Assembly (NCBI RefSeq): GCF_009914755.1
Contig: NC_060932.1
From: the human T2T-CHM13v2.0 reference genome, Homo sapiens
Length of the DNA: 64,000 bases
Reading direction: 5' to 3' (one strand)
Under the pieces are notes generated by a model. The model was not told where the DNA came from and did not search any database. It saw only the letters and a program-made list of their open reading frames with translations. The position numbers and the translations under genes were made by a program. Of this stretch, positions 60,297 through 64,000 are shown one piece after another; within the stretch, counting starts at the first letter, position 1; every line of letters begins with the position of its first letter.

Positions 60297-61319
60297 AACT
60301 GAAAGTTTAAAAGTTTAATCATTCCGCATCTTTGTTTGCAACATAGCAATCTCCTTTTACTCTAACCGCAGAGAATTTGTTGAAGTTCTGTCTCTAGCAC
60401 TCTTCCCTTCTTTTCATATAATTCTCCTAATTTTTTGTCAGAATTAAAATTTTATATCTAGATTAAAATTTCACTGTGATAGCACCAATAATCTTTTTAC
60501 TTAGTAGAACCATAAACGTGTAGCTCTCAGAGGTAGTGAGTTATTCTCTATGCTGTGTTCCTATGAACATCAATATAGTATTAAGCTATACTTATTTATT
60601 ATAATGTGATCAAGTGATCTGAACCAAAACCAAGTATCCATTTTTGATAAATGAAATTTGATGCCTGTAGGATCATCACTTCCATCCACAAGTCACATAA
60701 TCATTTCTGTATTTTATATCAATACCATATCTTTGTGGATTAGACCCATTGCTCATGCATTTGAGGTTTAACACATGACTTTTTACACACTATCCACTCA
60801 GTACTAATTAAAACACACGTATGTGATAAAAATACGTATAATGATGAAAAAATCTTTCAGTCATTTAAGGGAGATACAATCCTAAGCAATTCATAAATCT
60901 GATCTCAAATATATGTTTAGGTTAGAATCAGCACCAACATACCACCTCTTAACAATGAAAAAAGAAAGACATTTAAGAAATGTTTTCCCTAAATAAAGAA
61001 ATGAATGCTCCTTAAGTTTTATGTCTTTTTTCTTGTGTTTGTTTCTCCAAAGGTCTCTGTATGAGAAAATGAGAAAATAACTGATACTAATATTTTACTC
61101 CATTCCACTGTCTGATTTATATCCTTTATATTATACTTGTGTGTTCCAAAATTTTGAAAGCGAATATGTGGTTTAAGATATTTAAATAGACACAGTAGTA
61201 CTCTCTTATAGTTTATTCTTGCTGAGAAGATAAAGGAGAGAAATCTATTTTGGTGATATTTTCTCATGGAATAGTAATCAGATATTTATGTTATGTAAAA
61301 GTAAGAAAGTAGTTAATAT

Positions 61320-61480
61320 ATTGCATGATATACTACTATAAAGATATAATATTTATATATAGCATGATAAGCTAGTATAAATATATAAACAATATATAAT
61401 AATATATATCCTATATATAATATATAGCATCTACATAAAACAATATATATAATATATAGCATGATATACTAACATAAATA
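61320..61480. repeat. AT-rich low-complexity repeat (atatagcatgatatacta-like units)
   Basis: Read directly from the sequence. Confidence 0.75.
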
Positions 61481-62199
61481 TCTTTTTTTTTTGGAAAAAG
61501 AAAATCTTTATCTTCTGATGTAGTTATTTTTCCTCCAAGCCAATAAATCTCCTATAACAGAAATAAGGTATCTCATGGTTTTCCGAAGCTGACCCGAACT
61601 TGCCTCTAGCTCTAGAGGACATATCCGCCTTCTTATGTCACTCTTTAGACAAAGCAGATAGGTGATCCAGTTAGAAAGGCAACGAGACTGTTAAGTGGGC
61701 CTGAGAGGTTCTGCTTACAATTCTGTTACACACATATTCTTCATGCCAAGGGCATGGCTGCAATTTTCTAACTGTTAGATAAAAATAATGAAATATGTTC
61801 TTCTCATTTTAATATTTTTTTCTGATAGGCTATGCATATGACCAATGGAAAAATGATTTTTTCTTTTTATTTCTATTGCCTTCACTTTATTTATAACAAA
61901 TATTTACTCAGTGCTTGTAATATATTCAGCACTCTGCTAACCACTGGATACAAAAGAGAAAGAAAGGAGACAGACTTCTTTATTTTCTGGAGTTCCCAAT
62001 CTGGTAGCCAGACAGACAATAAACCAGATAATTAACAATCATACAAACAGAGAATATTAACAGGAACAGGCTGGTGTGACAGATATTTCCTTAAAAAAGC
62101 ATTAGTAATATTGTTGAGAAGATATGGGTGTTTCAGGTAAGGATTTAGCTTCAGATGCTCATTCTCTCCAGTTTAACTATTACATTAAGTCGTAGTGAA

Positions 62200-62750
62200 A
62201 TAGCAGTGGTACAAACAGCAACCAACATTTACTGGCCCTTAATCAATGCCAGATACTGCTCTAAATACTTTACATATATGAGATCATCCAGTTATGAAGG
62301 TTACAATAAAACCATCCACGAAGGGTCAAGATAATAACATGATTGTAAGACAGACAGGGGACCCTGACCATTTGAGTTCAAGCCCAAAGGCTGCCAAATG
62401 CTGACTTCCAAGTTACTCCACATTTCTGCATCATAGTCTCTTCATCTGTAAAATAGGGGTCATAGCACATAATTTATGTGCTTGTTATAAGGATTAAATG
62501 AGACAACATATGCAAAATGCACAGATCAGAGCCTCCCTCTGTTGACGGCAATGTGTGCTTTTATGATTTATTCCTCATTTTAACTATAGTATTTTACTAC
62601 TAATAATACTGGATACCATCACTCTTGTTTCACAAATAAGTATAGTACAAAAAGATTAAGTCACTTCCTTCAAATGACACAGCTAAAAAAGGTAACAAGC
62701 CATGTTGGAACTCCATAATTTTGTTTCAAATATGCCCTGTCTACCACGAG
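62200..62750. mobile_element. Cluster of MIR fragments in both orientations
   Basis: tctcttcatctgtaaaataggggtc (+ core, ~62440) and gtttcacaaataag..agattaagtcactt (- core, ~62630). Confidence 0.65.
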
Positions 62751-63199
62751 GAAGTACTGTGTTTCTTGGGGCTCATCTAATTCTAGATTTTCTGAAATGT
62801 CAAACCAATATAAAAAAAATAGGAAATTGAATTGAACAAAACATACTTTAAAATTTCTTTAAGCATTTTGGTCTCTAAAAGAAACATCTTATACTCACAC
62901 ACACAAACACATAAAGCTTAAAGTGTAAGATATGACCTCTACTTTGCTGCTATCATCCAGGTTTTGGTAGCATGACCTTGTTTGTCTTGTTTCATTTTGT
63001 CTCCTCAGATTCCAAACGAGGAGGGTATGTTATAAACTGTCATCTGCCTACACATTTTAGAAAGTATTGCCTATGCAAATCTCCCTACTTGGTATTCTGA
63101 AAGAACATCACTAGTGACCTATTTTGTTCAGTGTAGATGATGTGAATTTGGTATTTTGTTACCGAAGTTTGTATAGTTTACAAGAAAAATTTTCTTCTC

Positions 63200-63985
63200 A
63201 GGGATGGAAATATAGAATTTGCCAACAAATCTACCTTATCCTCAGTTCCTCTAATCTTCCTAAATATTCAATCAGCTGTGTCAGAAATACTTCTTGAATG
63301 CATCTTTTCCTGTTTTTCCATGCCTACTTCTCTAACAGATTTAAAACTCACATCGCAATAACCACTCGATTTTTCATATCCAGTGTTACTTAAAAATACT
63401 TTTAAAACATATTGGCATACTTGAATGAAAAGAAAACAAAACACTGATTGATTCCTAACTCTCAGCTTGAAAGAAATTTATGTTCATAACATGTAAGGTT
63501 CTTCACAATGTGACCCAATTCTACTTTTCTATCTCTACTTCACCTCACTTCCATCATTTAAGAGTAAGCCAAATTTCCCATGTTTGTCAACTACATACCA
63601 CTTATATTTATTTTCACCTTCAGTTTCCCAGGCCTGAAATTCTTATCCACGTCTCTTTATCAGGAAAAAGTATAGACATTTTTCCAGTCCAAGTCTAAGT
63701 CCTGTCCTCTGTGAAGCCTTTCTACTCCTCCAGAGTTAAAATTCACCTCCCACCCTTCAGTTCCTCAGTCAGTGTTGACATCGATCACAGTACTCGTTGT
63801 AGGCTTTTTGACTTACTTTGTTTTAATCATTCATGTGATGTGTAACCTTCATTTAACTGAACTGTCCTGAAAACATAGTATGCTGTCAATTACTTTTTCT
63901 CATACAGACTTTTAAAAGTATAGTTTGTGTCACGATTGACACATACTTTATGTTCAATAAATGCATGTTGAATGAATGAACTGAA
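63200..63985 (+). mobile_element. L2 3' region with terminal repeat
   Basis: aaggttcttcacaatgtgaccc..cctctgtgaagcctttct.., ending ttcaataaatgcatgttgaatgaatgaa. Confidence 0.75.
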
Positions 63986-64000
63986 CTGAGCACATTACAA

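Noticed and set aside
61020-61080. Strong plus-strand acceptor followed by SLYEKMRK-stop
   Set aside because: Wrong strand and no recognisable protein. Expected by chance in T-rich DNA.
62975-63030. Plus-strand 16-nt microexon-like pattern (ctcctcag|ATTCCAAACGAGGAGG|gtatgt)
   Set aside because: The sites look good but are on the wrong strand for SGCZ and give no recognisable peptide. It could only belong to an unshown antisense transcript.

Overview
Human genomic DNA (it carries a human-specific AluYa5), AT-rich and repeat-dense. The window is almost all intron of a minus-strand gene. One 88-nt coding exon at 57563-57650 (-) encodes DSPLVLQSDRNVTVNARNHMGQLTGQLTIG, which I recognise as zeta-sarcoglycan (SGCZ). 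The first ~43 kb is nested transposon debris: a deleted class III ERV with an LTR47-type LTR; THE1, MLT1, MLT2, MER11, LTR9, LTR41 and LTR22 LTRs; L1, L2 and CR1 fragments; MER44; a full-length Hsmar1; and many Alus. The stretch from ~43 kb to the exon is much poorer in TEs. No other supplied ORF looks like a real gene. The most unusual structure is a ~330-bp, ~91% identical inverted repeat in apparently non-TE sequence (12624-13721) that would fold the SGCZ pre-mRNA into a long hairpin. Also notable: a 5'-inverted (twin-primed-like) Alu 26 bp from the exon, an env remnant in an ERV-L-like element, and a probable L1 3' transduction. Repeat subfamily names come from recalled consensus sequences. 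Boundaries of old repeats are approximate.
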